64,000 nucleotides of DNA. Origin: Roseibacillus sp. Lineage in GTDB: Bacteria; Verrucomicrobiota; Verrucomicrobiia; Verrucomicrobiales; Akkermansiaceae. The translations under genes were made by a program, and so were the position numbers. The notes under the pieces are model-generated. The model was not told the origin of the DNA, did no database searches, and was given only the letters and a program-made list of their open reading frames with translations. The stretch is taken from contig JBPOGI010000003.1 in NCBI GenBank assembly GCA_051251855.1, positions 384,001-448,000 of the forward strand. The letters run 5' to 3'. This document shows positions 29,550-39,552 of the stretch, piece after piece (within the stretch, counting starts at the first letter, position 1; each line of letters starts with the position of its first letter).

Positions 29550-31052
29550 TTAGTCGGAGAGAACAAGAGTTTGAAGACCTTGTGCTGGAATCGCGATGGA
29601 GTGACTCTCTTGGCCAAGTTGGAGGGTGTAGGTTTTGTTTTCAGTGAGGAGGTTGAAGACCGCGATTGCGATGTTGCCATCTGGGTTCTTGAAGGCGGTT
29701 GCCATGAACTCGTCATCTGCTCCGGTTAGTCCGATGCGAATGGATCCGGGGCGCATGAACTTACTGATGTGTGCCACCGAGTAGTAAAGGGGCGTGTAGT
29801 AGACCGAATCGCGTCCGCTATTGACGAGGATAGGTGCTAGGCAGTAGTTGCGGGCGTGGTTGGGTCCGCCACGGGTATTGAGAATCATGTTCCAGTCAAT
29901 CCATCCCACAAGATTGTGATTGAGGCCTCCAATCAGATCGCGGGTGTAGCGGTAGAAAGGGCTGTACTTTGGATGGTCTTTCTTGTCTTTTTCAGGGGCC
30001 CAGATCCAACCCCAGTCGGTCGCTTCTTTGCGCCAATACCAGTCATCCTCGAGCCAAACTCCGATTTTTTCGTCGTCGCCCATGGCGTCGATGCATCCTT
30101 CGGAGTGGATCAGGCCTTTGCCGGGATACTTACCATGCACATAGTCGAGGGACTCGGAGGAGACGGTGTTGGTGCTCTCATACCAATGAACGGCTAGGCC
30201 GTCGACATACTTGGCTGCTTCAGGTTTTCCGAGAATGGCATCAGCCCACTCGATGAGATGAGGGCCTCGGTTTTGGTCGAATGCCCAAATGGTGGTGTTA
30301 GGTGTTTTGGTTTGTAGAGTGGGTCCGAGATGTTCCGAGATCCAGTCAGCCATTTCGTCAGCGGTGAAGTGGAGGCTTTCCCAGTTGCTGTCGTTGCCAA
30401 GGGGTTCGTTGGTGGGGGTGATTCCCCAAACGTCGATTCCTTCTTCTTTGTAGGCTTGGAGATACTTCACGATGTAATCCGCGAAGGTTTGGTGGTGTTC
30501 TGCAAGGAGGGATCCGCCATTCCAGGTATTGTTGTCCTTCATCCAAGGGGGAGAGGTCCAAGGAGAAGCAATGATTTTGAAATCGGCTCCGGAGACTTGT
30601 TGGGAGTCTTTGATGAAGGGGAGGAGATACTTGCGATCGGGTTCGATCGAGAAGTGTTCGAGTGCAGTATCGCCGGGGACCGGGGCGTAGGTGTAGTTGG
30701 TGACTGAGAAGTCGCAACTGGCGATGTGGGTGCGGGTCAGGGAGTAGTGAGCTCCGCTGGGCGAGAAATATTTCTCGATGACTTCCTGCCGTTTTTCTTT
30801 GGAAAGCTCGCTGAGGACCTGAGCGGAAGACTCGGTGAACGAGCCTCCGATTCCCACGAGAGTCTGATGAGTGATTTCAGGATCGAGAGTAAGGGTGTAG
30901 TCGGCTTTCGTCGCTTCGTCTAAGGCGGCGACTTCCTTAAGGCGGTCTCCTTCGCGAGTGGTTTGGTAAATGGTGAGGTCGGCATTCGCGGTGCCGCCCA
31001 TGCTAGAGGCGAGTCCGCAAATGAGTAGCAGGTTGAGAGGTGATGGGTTCAT
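29550..31052 (-). CDS. Glycoside hydrolase family 30 (glucosylceramidase-like)
   Basis: GIGGSFTE, RTHIASCDFS, ASPWTSPPWMK, TNEP (acid/base), HSEGC (nucleophile), DWNMIL and GGPNH. Confidence 0.92.
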   Translation of the reverse strand: MNPSPLNLLLICGLASSMGGTANADLTIYQTTREGDRLKEVAALDEATKADYTLTLDPEITHQTLVGIGGSFTESSAQVLSELSKEKRQEVIEKYFSPSGAHYSLTRTHIASCDFSVTNYTYAPVPGDTALEHFSIEPDRKYLLPFIKDSQQVSGADFKIIASPWTSPPWMKDNNTWNGGSLLAEHHQTFADYIVKYLQAYKEEGIDVWGITPTNEPLGNDSNWESLHFTADEMADWISEHLGPTLQTKTPNTTIWAFDQNRGPHLIEWADAILGKPEAAKYVDGLAVHWYESTNTVSSESLDYVHGKYPGKGLIHSEGCIDAMGDDEKIGVWLEDDWYWRKEATDWGWIWAPEKDKKDHPKYSPFYRYTRDLIGGLNHNLVGWIDWNMILNTRGGPNHARNYCLAPILVNSGRDSVYYTPLYYSVAHISKFMRPGSIRIGLTGADDEFMATAFKNPDGNIAIAVFNLLTENKTYTLQLGQESHSIAIPAQGLQTLVLSD

Positions 31053-31228
31053 GGAGAGCAACTTAAAGTTAACGTTGCACTAAATTACATTCCGAAAACC
31101 GTTGGTAAACTGATTTCTTTCCCCTCTTTGGAGGGACGCTACCCGAGTCGCTGCCCGTTTCTTTGAGATGAGGGGACATCTTGGGAGAATCTCTTACTTT
31201 GTCTGTCGTGTCTTTGGAGGAACCTTAG

Positions 31229-31909
31229 CTAGTCCTTCTGGGTAAGACCTTTCACGAGATTCTTAAGCTCGTTGTAGGCACTGATGGCACGGCGGGGATG
31301 ATTCTCGCGGGCGGTGATGAGGAGGGCACGGCAGCCGTTCTCGGAGATGGCTTTGGCGTGGAGGGTGTTAGGATCGTGGCGGAGATAGTCGCCGGGTCCA
31401 AGGCGACGCCCGAGGGTGTCGAGGTCGCCGCTGATGAGGAGAATTTCTTCCATGCCTTCGTGGGCGTGAGGAAGGAAGACCGCACCAGGGTCGGCTTCTA
31501 ACATCATGGTGGTGTGGGGAGATTCGGGAAGGTCAGAGAGGGTTTTGATGCGAATCTTACCACCGGGAAGCGACTTCCACTCTCCTTCTTGGTCTCCGAT
31601 AAAGTGATAGCCCCCTTGGGGTTCTTCTTGTTCCTGAGCTTCGCTGCCGGGTTCTGTTTCGCCGATAGCAGCAAAGATTTTTCCTTTTAAATCCGGAGAG
31701 GGTTGGGCAGGGGGGTAGATATTGGCTGTCATGGTGGCAACGGTTTCTTCGAATCCTTGCGAGGCGAGTAAGGTCTGACCAAGGCGGCATTGGGAGCAAT
31801 GAGCAAGCGCTTCAGCATCTGCTCCGTCGAGTGCATGAAGGCTCTTGAGGGCTGCGAGTTCTGTTGAGTCGCCGGCAGGGGAATCGTGGTTGGTGTCGTT
31901 GGTGCTCAT
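31229..31909 (-). CDS. ChrR-like anti-sigma factor with C-terminal cupin
   Basis: N-terminal HCSQC and 'PSPDLKGKIF'; cupin PHAHEGMEEILLISGDL..LGPGDY..H; directly downstream of the ECF sigma. Confidence 0.85.
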   Translation of the reverse strand: MSTNDTNHDSPAGDSTELAALKSLHALDGADAEALAHCSQCRLGQTLLASQGFEETVATMTANIYPPAQPSPDLKGKIFAAIGETEPGSEAQEQEEPQGGYHFIGDQEGEWKSLPGGKIRIKTLSDLPESPHTTMMLEADPGAVFLPHAHEGMEEILLISGDLDTLGRRLGPGDYLRHDPNTLHAKAISENGCRALLITARENHPRRAISAYNELKNLVKGLTQKD

Positions 31910-31914
31910 AATGG

Positions 31915-32493
31915 TTAAGCTTCGCTGCGGTATTCAGAGATGTCGGAAAGGGTGGTTCTGACACGTTCCATCGCTCGACGGATTCGTGATTTGACGGTGC
32001 CAAGGGGCTGGTCGAGGTATTCAGAGATTTCGCTTTGGGTAAGACTGTGGAAGAAGGCGAGTTCGAGCACGGTGCGCATGTCATCGGGCAAGGTTTTTAA
32101 GCTCTCGTGAACACGTTCGCTGAGCTCAGAGGCGATGAGTGGAGCTTCGGGCGAGTAGTCGTCAAAATCGGGGAGAGTGCTCTTCTCTTGCACTGTCTCA
32201 ACGAGTTTCTCGCGACGTTTGCGGCTGCGTAAGCGGTCGATGGCGCGATTACGGGTAAGGCTGATCAGCCAGGTGCTTGCTTTGCCTCGCTCGGGGTAAT
32301 ATTTGTCCGCGCTGTTCCAGATGGTGACGAAGATGTCTTGCAGGGCTTCTTCTGCTTCGGCGCGATTCTTGAGAATGCCCAAGGTGATGCCGAGGAGTGC
32401 GCTCGAAAACTCGTCATAGAGTTGGGAGAAAGCTTCCGTAGAACCTTGAGCCACACGGGCAAGAAGTTCTTCGGGAGTGGATGTGGAATTCAT
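31915..32493 (-). CDS. ECF sigma-70 factor (RpoE/SigK-like)
   Basis: AFSQLYD, AEEALQDIF..IW, TWL....RNRAIDRLR and LTQSEIS..LDQPLGTVKSRIRRAM. Confidence 0.93.
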   Translation of the reverse strand: MNSTSTPEELLARVAQGSTEAFSQLYDEFSSALLGITLGILKNRAEAEEALQDIFVTIWNSADKYYPERGKASTWLISLTRNRAIDRLRSRKRREKLVETVQEKSTLPDFDDYSPEAPLIASELSERVHESLKTLPDDMRTVLELAFFHSLTQSEISEYLDQPLGTVKSRIRRAMERVRTTLSDISEYRSEA

Positions 32494-32993
32494 GGTCCGG
32501 AGAGAGATTATAATTTGAGGTTCTCGATGGAAAGGGGCTTCTTTGCGGCATGGGTGACCGTGTGAAAGGTAATCTGGAATGAGAGGGAAGGAGCCAACCG
32601 AGAATGCATTTGGGCGCACTCTCGGTTGGTGGGTTTTCCTGCGGAAGTTAGGATGCTATCCGCTGATCAAGGGGAAAATCAGCAGATAGGAATCCTAGAT
32701 TTGGGGGGAGATGATCTTCACGCCGCCAACAGTTTAGCTCTCGAAAGTGAGAGCGATTGGGGTGACTGAGGGGTTGAATGCGGACAAGGGCATGTGAGTG
32801 TGTTTCATCTTTGTTTGGGGCCGGAAAGGAAGACTCAATAGGGGCGTCTCAACCTAGGGAACGCCCCTCAAGTGCGATTGGATGCATCGGAGAGGATTTT
32901 TCTGGCGCGGTGATTCGGAGCGTCGGAGAAAGGGAGGATTTCCACGACTGGACACCGGTGATGCTTTTCTTTAAGTCAAAGGAAGTGAGGGAG

Positions 32994-34307
32994 ATGTTTT
33001 GGTCGATGCGAGCGTTCTTCTTGGGGAGCGGGGTTCTCTTACTGTTGCCTGTTTCAGGATATGGGAACGGAGTGTTGCGCTGGGGATTCGGGGCAGCAGA
33101 TTCTGGGGCTGCAGGGGTATTTGGGGGGACTGAAGGAGATTCATTGGCGGCGATGCAGTTGAATCCGGCCGCGATGACGAGCTTGGTATCGAGCGAATGG
33201 TCGCTATCGGCAAGGGCCTTGGTAGGTGAGGGCAACTTCGACCGGGGAGGCGGCAATTTTTCTTTGGACAGCACCTTCGGGGTCTTTCCGGAGGCGGCTG
33301 TTGTCTGGCGAGTGCCGAATCGGCCGCTCTGGCTTGGAGCGTCTTTAGCGCCGGTTTCTGCTCTAGAAGCGGAGTGGAATTATCTCGATATTCCGGCGGA
33401 AGGTTCGGGGGTCTCTTATGGTGACGTCGGACATGAGAGCGGCTTTCTGGCAATCAAAGCGAATGCGGGGATGGCGTGGAAGATCAACGAGCAATGGTCG
33501 GTGGGGGGCAGCGTGGGGGCGGTCTATAGCCGCGTGATATTCGATGCTCCTTTTATCTTTCAAACCAATTCGGCTTTGGCGGGGGCTAAAGTGGATTTGG
33601 ATTTAGAGACGGATGGGTGGTCGTTTGCTTGGGACTTGGGGGTTGTTTATCAACCTGTGGAGTCGTTGCGTTTTGGGGCTCGTTTTCGGCCTGAAATCGA
33701 GCTTTCGAACGAAGGGAGTGCGCGGGGAGACTTTTCGGCCCAGCTTCCGGGGGTGGGTGACTCGGTAGCCTACTACGAAGCTTCTAGTAGAAACGTTTTA
33801 CCAATGTCGATAGGGGTGGGTTTTTCATGGCAAGCTACCGATGAACTGAAAATTGGAGGATGGGCTGAATGGTATCGTTGGAGCTCAGCCTTCGATACCT
33901 TTGCGGTGAATCTGTCGCAGGGTTCGAATAGTGATATTAATGGTGCGATTGGAACAGATGCTCCCAGTGATCGAGTGCCTCTCAATTGGGATGATCGCTT
34001 CGTGATCGCTCTAGGCGCAGAATATCAAGTCAATGAGAGCTGGGTCTTGCGCGGTGGTTGGCGATATGGCGAGTCTCCAATCCCAACGGACTTGGTCACG
34101 CCTTTAAACGCGTCCATCAACGAGCATGCGGTCACGCTGGGTGTGGGATGGAGAAACGAGGATTGGAGAGTCGACGCGAGCTACGGGATTGAATTCAGTC
34201 CCGAACAAAAAGTGAGGACAAGTGGCTATCGAGCTGCTGAGTATTCGAACAGTTCGTTGGACCTAGCAGTGCACAGCTTTGGTTTAGGAGTAACGAGGAG
34301 CTTTTAG
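32994..34307 (+). CDS. OmpP1/FadL-family outer-membrane transporter
   Basis: 'NPAAM' N-terminal hatch motif, alternating beta-strands and C-terminal Phe; start could be 33006. Confidence 0.85.
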   Translation: MFWSMRAFFLGSGVLLLLPVSGYGNGVLRWGFGAADSGAAGVFGGTEGDSLAAMQLNPAAMTSLVSSEWSLSARALVGEGNFDRGGGNFSLDSTFGVFPEAAVVWRVPNRPLWLGASLAPVSALEAEWNYLDIPAEGSGVSYGDVGHESGFLAIKANAGMAWKINEQWSVGGSVGAVYSRVIFDAPFIFQTNSALAGAKVDLDLETDGWSFAWDLGVVYQPVESLRFGARFRPEIELSNEGSARGDFSAQLPGVGDSVAYYEASSRNVLPMSIGVGFSWQATDELKIGGWAEWYRWSSAFDTFAVNLSQGSNSDINGAIGTDAPSDRVPLNWDDRFVIALGAEYQVNESWVLRGGWRYGESPIPTDLVTPLNASINEHAVTLGVGWRNEDWRVDASYGIEFSPEQKVRTSGYRAAEYSNSSLDLAVHSFGLGVTRSF

Positions 34308-34331
34308 TCCGCCCTCGCTTATCCATTTCTT

Positions 34332-36635
34332 CTACTGCCCTAATTCGTCTGCAGTATAGAGGCGGCCGTTGCGGTCCTTGGTGTCCTCGCGGGTTTGTTT
34401 GACCGATTTCTCGAGCACCATGGGCGCGGTGTTAGACCACTCCGCTCGGATATAGGTCATGAGGTCCGCGATTTCGCCGTCGGTTATGGTGGGGTTCATA
34501 GCCAGACCGGGCATAGCCGCGAGGGGAACGTATTTCTTGCCGTTGACGGTAATGGGGCCTTGGAGGCCGTGAAGAAGGATTTTGGTCAAGCGTTCGGAGC
34601 TGTCCGTGACCCACTCAGACTCGTCGAGTGGTGGTCCCAAGTTGGGAAGTCCTTGGCCGTCGGCGCCGTGGCAGCCCATGCAAGCGGCCTCTCCGAGGTA
34701 GAGAGCTTTGCCGCGCAGGAAAGAGGCCAGATGTTCTCCGCTCAATCGCTTTTCAGAAGGAATTTTTTTGGCGTTCTTACTGTAGTTGCTCAGGTAGCGA
34801 TCCAGTGAGGTCTTGGTTTTGGGGAACTCGGTGGTGTTGCTTTTGAGGAGTCCCGTGGTGACGGCTTCGACCGCGAATTTGGTATTTCGGGCCTTATCGA
34901 GCGCTTGTACGAGCGCTTGATGATAGCTCGCAGGAAGGGAGCTCAAGAGGCGTAATGCATAGGGAGTAGTGGCAAGTTGGGGCCCGACTAGATTGGTCGC
35001 CGTTTGGGCAAGCTCGGTTCGGTCTGTGGCTGGTAGGGTGAGGGCTGCGGCAAGAGCGTGCTTTTGGAGGGAAGGGGAAGAGTCCGCGGTCAGAAGGGGA
35101 GTGAGGTCGTTGAAGTGAATCTGGTCAAGTCCGGTCAAAGTCCAAAGAATGTGAATGCGTGTGAGCTCGTTGGGGTGCTGGGCAAGTCCGTTTTTGAGGG
35201 CTTCAAAGGTGTCAGGGTCATTACGCTCGATAAGGAGGCGTTGGGCGGTATCACGCCACCAGCCGTTGGGGTGGGCGAGGGTTTCGAGGAGCTCTTTGGA
35301 AGGCGCGTCGGTCAACTTTGGTTGGGGACCGCGAGGGGTGTCTGCGTGGCGGATACGGTAGATGCGGCCAAGCTCGTAGGAGGGCGCTTGCAGGCCTCGG
35401 GATTCATACTGCTTTCGCAAGTAGGAGGTCATGTAGGTCTTGTGCTGAATGATGCCGTGGTAATAATCGACGATGTAAAGGCATCCATCGGGTGCGGTGT
35501 AGGCATTGACTGGGCGAAAGCGCTCATCGGTAGAGGCGAGGAACTCCTTGTCGTTGAAGAGGTGCTTGCCGCTGAGGCTATTTCCTTCAGCAGTAATACT
35601 TGTCGCCTTGACGAGGTTGACTACTGACTCGGTGGTGAAACCAAGGCCGCGATGGTCTTTGGGGAAATTATCACCGCGGTAGATGGCTGTTCCGCAGGCA
35701 GCGGTGGTGTTGATAAGCTTGTGAGTCTTGGGGTCGAGCATGTTAGCTTCATAGCCATTGGCGATGGACATGTAGGCTCGGTTGACCCCAGGAGTCACGC
35801 GAGAGGGATAGACTCTGTTAGAGCCTACGAGAGTCGAGGTGTCTGGCTTGAAGCGAGCAGTCGAGGAGGAGTCGAGAATGTCGGGTAAGAGACGGTCGCC
35901 CTTAAGTAGGACTGAATTACTATTGTGATAGATGCGTCCGAAGTCATCCATAGTGATGCCCCATTGGCCGCGATATTGGGTGCGGTCTTTTGTGAGGACT
36001 TCGTTTTTCCAAAGATAGCGGGTATCGGATTTTGCGTTGTAGTACCAGTTGTTGAGGTGGCGCATCATGCCGTTGGGGCGATGTTCCACATTGCCGGAAG
36101 GAGCATACTCGCTGTCCACGACTCGAGGCTCACCCGTACGCTCGATGCCATCACGGGGCACGAAGTAGAGTTGGGAATGATCGGCGATGAGGGCCCCACC
36201 CCTTACCAGAGCAATGGAACGAGGTAGGAGAATTTTGTCCCAAAAGACGGTCCGCGTGTCGACTTGGCCATCGTTGTTGGTATCCTGCAGGATTGAGATA
36301 CGGCCCTGGGCAATGTCTTCGCCGTTGCCATCGAGGTCGGGCATATAGCCGCGCATCTCGACTACCCACATATTTCCGTCGGCGTCGAAAGTGAGGGCGA
36401 CGGGCTTCTCGACTAAAGGCTCGGCAGCGACTGGTTCGATGACGTAGCCATCGGCGAGGGTGAACGTTTCGAGGGCGTCTGCTACCGAAAGAACGGGTGC
36501 AGGAGGGATGAGGTCTTCGGGGACCACATCGCTCATATTATCGTGGCCCTTGCGGTTGCCATTTTGAGCAAAAAGGGAGGAGGCGAGAATGAGGGTGATG
36601 AAAGTGATTTTCAAGCTGCGTGAACATACGCTCAA
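34332..36635 (-). CDS. PVC-type membrane-bound dehydrogenase-like beta-propeller + HEAT-like repeats + cytochrome c
   Basis: VAAEPLVEKPVALTFDADG..WVVEMRGYM, STDERFRPV, GRIYRI, L.HPNGWWRDTAQRLL and CMGCHG heme motif; start uncertain. Confidence 0.85.
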   Translation of the reverse strand: MSVCSRSLKITFITLILASSLFAQNGNRKGHDNMSDVVPEDLIPPAPVLSVADALETFTLADGYVIEPVAAEPLVEKPVALTFDADGNMWVVEMRGYMPDLDGNGEDIAQGRISILQDTNNDGQVDTRTVFWDKILLPRSIALVRGGALIADHSQLYFVPRDGIERTGEPRVVDSEYAPSGNVEHRPNGMMRHLNNWYYNAKSDTRYLWKNEVLTKDRTQYRGQWGITMDDFGRIYHNSNSVLLKGDRLLPDILDSSSTARFKPDTSTLVGSNRVYPSRVTPGVNRAYMSIANGYEANMLDPKTHKLINTTAACGTAIYRGDNFPKDHRGLGFTTESVVNLVKATSITAEGNSLSGKHLFNDKEFLASTDERFRPVNAYTAPDGCLYIVDYYHGIIQHKTYMTSYLRKQYESRGLQAPSYELGRIYRIRHADTPRGPQPKLTDAPSKELLETLAHPNGWWRDTAQRLLIERNDPDTFEALKNGLAQHPNELTRIHILWTLTGLDQIHFNDLTPLLTADSSPSLQKHALAAALTLPATDRTELAQTATNLVGPQLATTPYALRLLSSLPASYHQALVQALDKARNTKFAVEAVTTGLLKSNTTEFPKTKTSLDRYLSNYSKNAKKIPSEKRLSGEHLASFLRGKALYLGEAACMGCHGADGQGLPNLGPPLDESEWVTDSSERLTKILLHGLQGPITVNGKKYVPLAAMPGLAMNPTITDGEIADLMTYIRAEWSNTAPMVLEKSVKQTREDTKDRNGRLYTADELGQ

Positions 36636-36691
36636 AAATCGACAGTTCCATCGACTTTTTGGGGGTTTTTCGGCCTTCGATGATTCTAGGT

Positions 36692-36915
36692 AAGTTCGGA
36701 GGGGGCGAGTTGGGGGCTGATCGCCAAGGCCTTGAAAAACCGAATGTTCAAAAACTCAAAAACCAAAGCTCTCCATTCCTCGCCCTCTTTGGCTCCGCGA
36801 TAAGAGCGAATTGGCTCTGCCGCCAAGATAGTTCCTTTGCCCCAAGCAGCCCCAGCCACTTCGAAGACACAGCTTTGGTTTTTGAGTTTTTGGTCACTTG
36901 GGTTTTCAAGGTTTC
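36692..36915. mobile_element. Gene-less palindromic element (MITE/REPIN-like), copy 3, more degenerate
   Basis: Core IRs at 36726-36768 and 36873-36915. The 40 nt from 36692 (flank plus start of core) match copy 2 at 29/40 without gaps; spacer shares CCCC(A/G)GCCACTTCGA with copy 2. Confidence 0.78.
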
Positions 36916-36962
36916 GAGGAACTCACCGTTGCGAAAAGACCTCGAAACGTTGTCGACGTCGA

Positions 36963-39350
36963 TTACTTGATGGTGAACTGGCCGGTTTGCTTTACGTCGT
37001 CGATGTTGGAGGACTCGGCGACGGAGACGGTGAAGAGGCCAGGTTCGACGATCCAGTTGTTGTCGATGTCGAGCATCTTGAGGTCACGCTTGGGATTAAT
37101 TTTGAAGGTGACGGTTTTGGTTTCGCCTGCTTTGAGGGGGACGCGCTCGAAGCCGCGCAGCATTTTAGAGAAGGGGGCAATGGAACCGACCTCGTCCTTG
37201 ACGTAGAGTTGGACCACGTTGTCGCCATCGCGCTCGCCGCTGTTAGTGACGTCGCAAGTGACGGTGATTTCATCGTCTTGGGTGGGATTCTCTGGGGTCA
37301 CGGACAGTTCGCCATACTCGAAGGTGGTGTAGCTCAAGCCGTGTCCGAGGTGATAGAGAGGACCTTGCACCCGGGAGGTTCCCCAACCGTTCGGGTCGTG
37401 GCCTTTGCTCTGTCCGCCCCAAGCTCCGTTGCGATGAGGGATGGCGAGGGGGATTTGGCCCGCGCTTTTGGGGAAGGTGATGGGGAGTTTACCGCCTGGA
37501 TTGTAAAGGCCGAAGAGGGCATCGGTGATGGCTTGGCCTACTTTTTCGCCACCGTGCCAGGCGCAAATGACGCCGGGGATGTTCTGCTCGATCCAGTTGA
37601 TGGAGACCGCGCGGCCAGGCATCAGAACGACGATGACGGGCTTGCCGGTCTTGGCGAGTTCGCGCACGAGAAGGGTCTGATGACCGGGGAGGTCGAGACT
37701 GAGACGGGTCTTGGACTCGCCGACGGTGTCGTGAGTGTCGCCGACGTAAGCGATGATGAGGTCAGCCTTTTCGGCGAGCTTGAGGGCTTCGTCGATGGCC
37801 GCTTGTGATTCTGCATCGGGATCCTCGCGGAGAACATCGGAGAGGGGAAAGCGTTTGTCGAAGTAGTGGCAGCCTTTGGCGTGAAGGATTTCGGCTTTGT
37901 CGCCAAAGAAGTTCTGAAGTCCGGCGAGGGGAGTGATGACGGGAGAAGCGCCTGGGCCGTAGCGGCTGATCATGGGCACGGCGTCAGCGGCACAAGGTCC
38001 GGTGGCGAGGATGGTCTTGTAGGCGCTGGGGTCGAGAGGGAGGATGCCGTCGTTTTTGAGGAGAACCAGTGACTTGCGAGCAGCTTCGAGGGTTGCGGCT
38101 TCGTTTTCGGCTGTGTGGATGATGTCCTTGGTCTTTTCGGGATCGACGAAGGGGTTGTCGAAGATGCCGAGCTCGAATTTCACGCGCAGAACGTCTGCTA
38201 CTCGCGAGTTGATGAGCTCCTCACTGAGGCGGCCTTCGGCGATCACTTTACGAAGAGGAATGACGAACTTATGGGTGGGTTGGAAGTTAGTGCGGACGTT
38301 GAGACCGGCTTTGACGGCGTCGACGATGGCGGTTTCCCAGTCGGCGGAGGTCATGTGCTGACCTTTGAGTCGATCGACAGCACCACTATCGGAAACGACG
38401 TAGCCTTTGAATCCGTAGGTCTCGCGGAGGAGTTCGGTGAGGAAGTAGGGGCTGCCGGTGACGGGGACGCCGTCGTAGGTGTTGTAAGAGCTCATCGCGC
38501 CCCAAGGCTGTGCCTCTTTGATGACTTTCTCGAAAGGGTGCATCAGGATTTGGTGCATGTCGCGGAAGGGAATCTGTGGATCGGTGCGAGCTTTGCCGTC
38601 GCGTCCGCCGTTGGGGGTGCTGTAGGTGGCAAAGTGTTTGATGGTGGAGCCCATTCCTTGGGATTGGATACCGAGGCATTGCTGTTTGCCGAGCTCGCCT
38701 ACGAGGTAGGGTGACTCGCCGTAGCATTCGACGGTGCGTCCCCAGCGCGGATCGCGCACAACATCGAGGATGGGAGAATAGATATTGGTGTAGCCGAGGG
38801 ACTTGCCTTCCTTGGCGGTGATTTCGCCGATGCGGCGCACGAGTTCTTTATCCCAAGTGGCACCGACTCCGATTTGGGTGGGGAAGTTACTGGCGTTGCT
38901 GTGGCAGACGCCGCGGATGCCTTCGTTGGTGAAATCGACCGGGACACCGAGGCGGGTTTCTTCGATGAACCAACGTTGGATGGTGTTGAGGAGTTCGGCA
39001 TGCTCGACGTGGTCGACGAATTCCTGCTCTCCGCGGACCCCGTTGCAATGCTCATCGATATTGCCGATACCGTCTTTCCAGACTTCGGTCTTCCACTTTT
39101 CGGTGGGGGTGGGGTCTTTGAGCACGCGCTTGTAGCCATAGATGGTGCCCATCTGAGCGGTCTTTTCGTCCATGTTCATCTGGCCGAGGAGGTCAGCGAT
39201 GCGCTCGTCGGTGGAGAGTTCGGGGTTTTCGTAAGGGTCTTTTTCGCCGTTTTTGTTGCGGTCGATCCAGCCGTCTTGGTAAATTTCGGCGAAAAGAGGG
39301 CTGACACTCAGAGTGAGTGCGGTGGCGATGGGCTTCAAAGTGTGATGCAT
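36963..39350 (-). CDS. Glycoside hydrolase family 3 (beta-glucosidase/xylosidase)
   Basis: RDPRWGRTVECYGE, IKHF, MSSYN, GFKGYVVSDSG, SLVLLKN, NPGGKLPITFP and a C-terminal Fn3-like domain. Confidence 0.95.
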   Translation of the reverse strand: MHHTLKPIATALTLSVSPLFAEIYQDGWIDRNKNGEKDPYENPELSTDERIADLLGQMNMDEKTAQMGTIYGYKRVLKDPTPTEKWKTEVWKDGIGNIDEHCNGVRGEQEFVDHVEHAELLNTIQRWFIEETRLGVPVDFTNEGIRGVCHSNASNFPTQIGVGATWDKELVRRIGEITAKEGKSLGYTNIYSPILDVVRDPRWGRTVECYGESPYLVGELGKQQCLGIQSQGMGSTIKHFATYSTPNGGRDGKARTDPQIPFRDMHQILMHPFEKVIKEAQPWGAMSSYNTYDGVPVTGSPYFLTELLRETYGFKGYVVSDSGAVDRLKGQHMTSADWETAIVDAVKAGLNVRTNFQPTHKFVIPLRKVIAEGRLSEELINSRVADVLRVKFELGIFDNPFVDPEKTKDIIHTAENEAATLEAARKSLVLLKNDGILPLDPSAYKTILATGPCAADAVPMISRYGPGASPVITPLAGLQNFFGDKAEILHAKGCHYFDKRFPLSDVLREDPDAESQAAIDEALKLAEKADLIIAYVGDTHDTVGESKTRLSLDLPGHQTLLVRELAKTGKPVIVVLMPGRAVSINWIEQNIPGVICAWHGGEKVGQAITDALFGLYNPGGKLPITFPKSAGQIPLAIPHRNGAWGGQSKGHDPNGWGTSRVQGPLYHLGHGLSYTTFEYGELSVTPENPTQDDEITVTCDVTNSGERDGDNVVQLYVKDEVGSIAPFSKMLRGFERVPLKAGETKTVTFKINPKRDLKMLDIDNNWIVEPGLFTVSVAESSNIDDVKQTGQFTIK

Positions 39351-39552
39351 GGTTTTTTGGAAGATTTGTGGGACGTTTTGTATGGAGGAAATGGTCAGGG
39401 GTCAAATGCTCAGTCGGAGGGGCGGTCTTTATTGCTGCCCAAGCCCTTTGCACGGTTGACGGACCGAAATGGGCGACAGTAAAGGTCGCCCCTCCAGAAA
39501 GAGCTGGCGTTTTCGTGTGATTCCGAGAATCTCTCTTTTCGCCCTTCACACT

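Noticed and set aside
31066..31080. LacI-type operator (GTTAACGTTGCA) upstream of GH30
   Set aside because: Only a 6-bp perfect palindromic core, and no LacI regulator in the window; too weak to call.
9709..36915. The recurring 43-bp sequence as a CRISPR repeat
   Set aside because: Copies occur as dispersed inverted pairs, not tandem direct repeats with regular spacers, and no cas genes are present.
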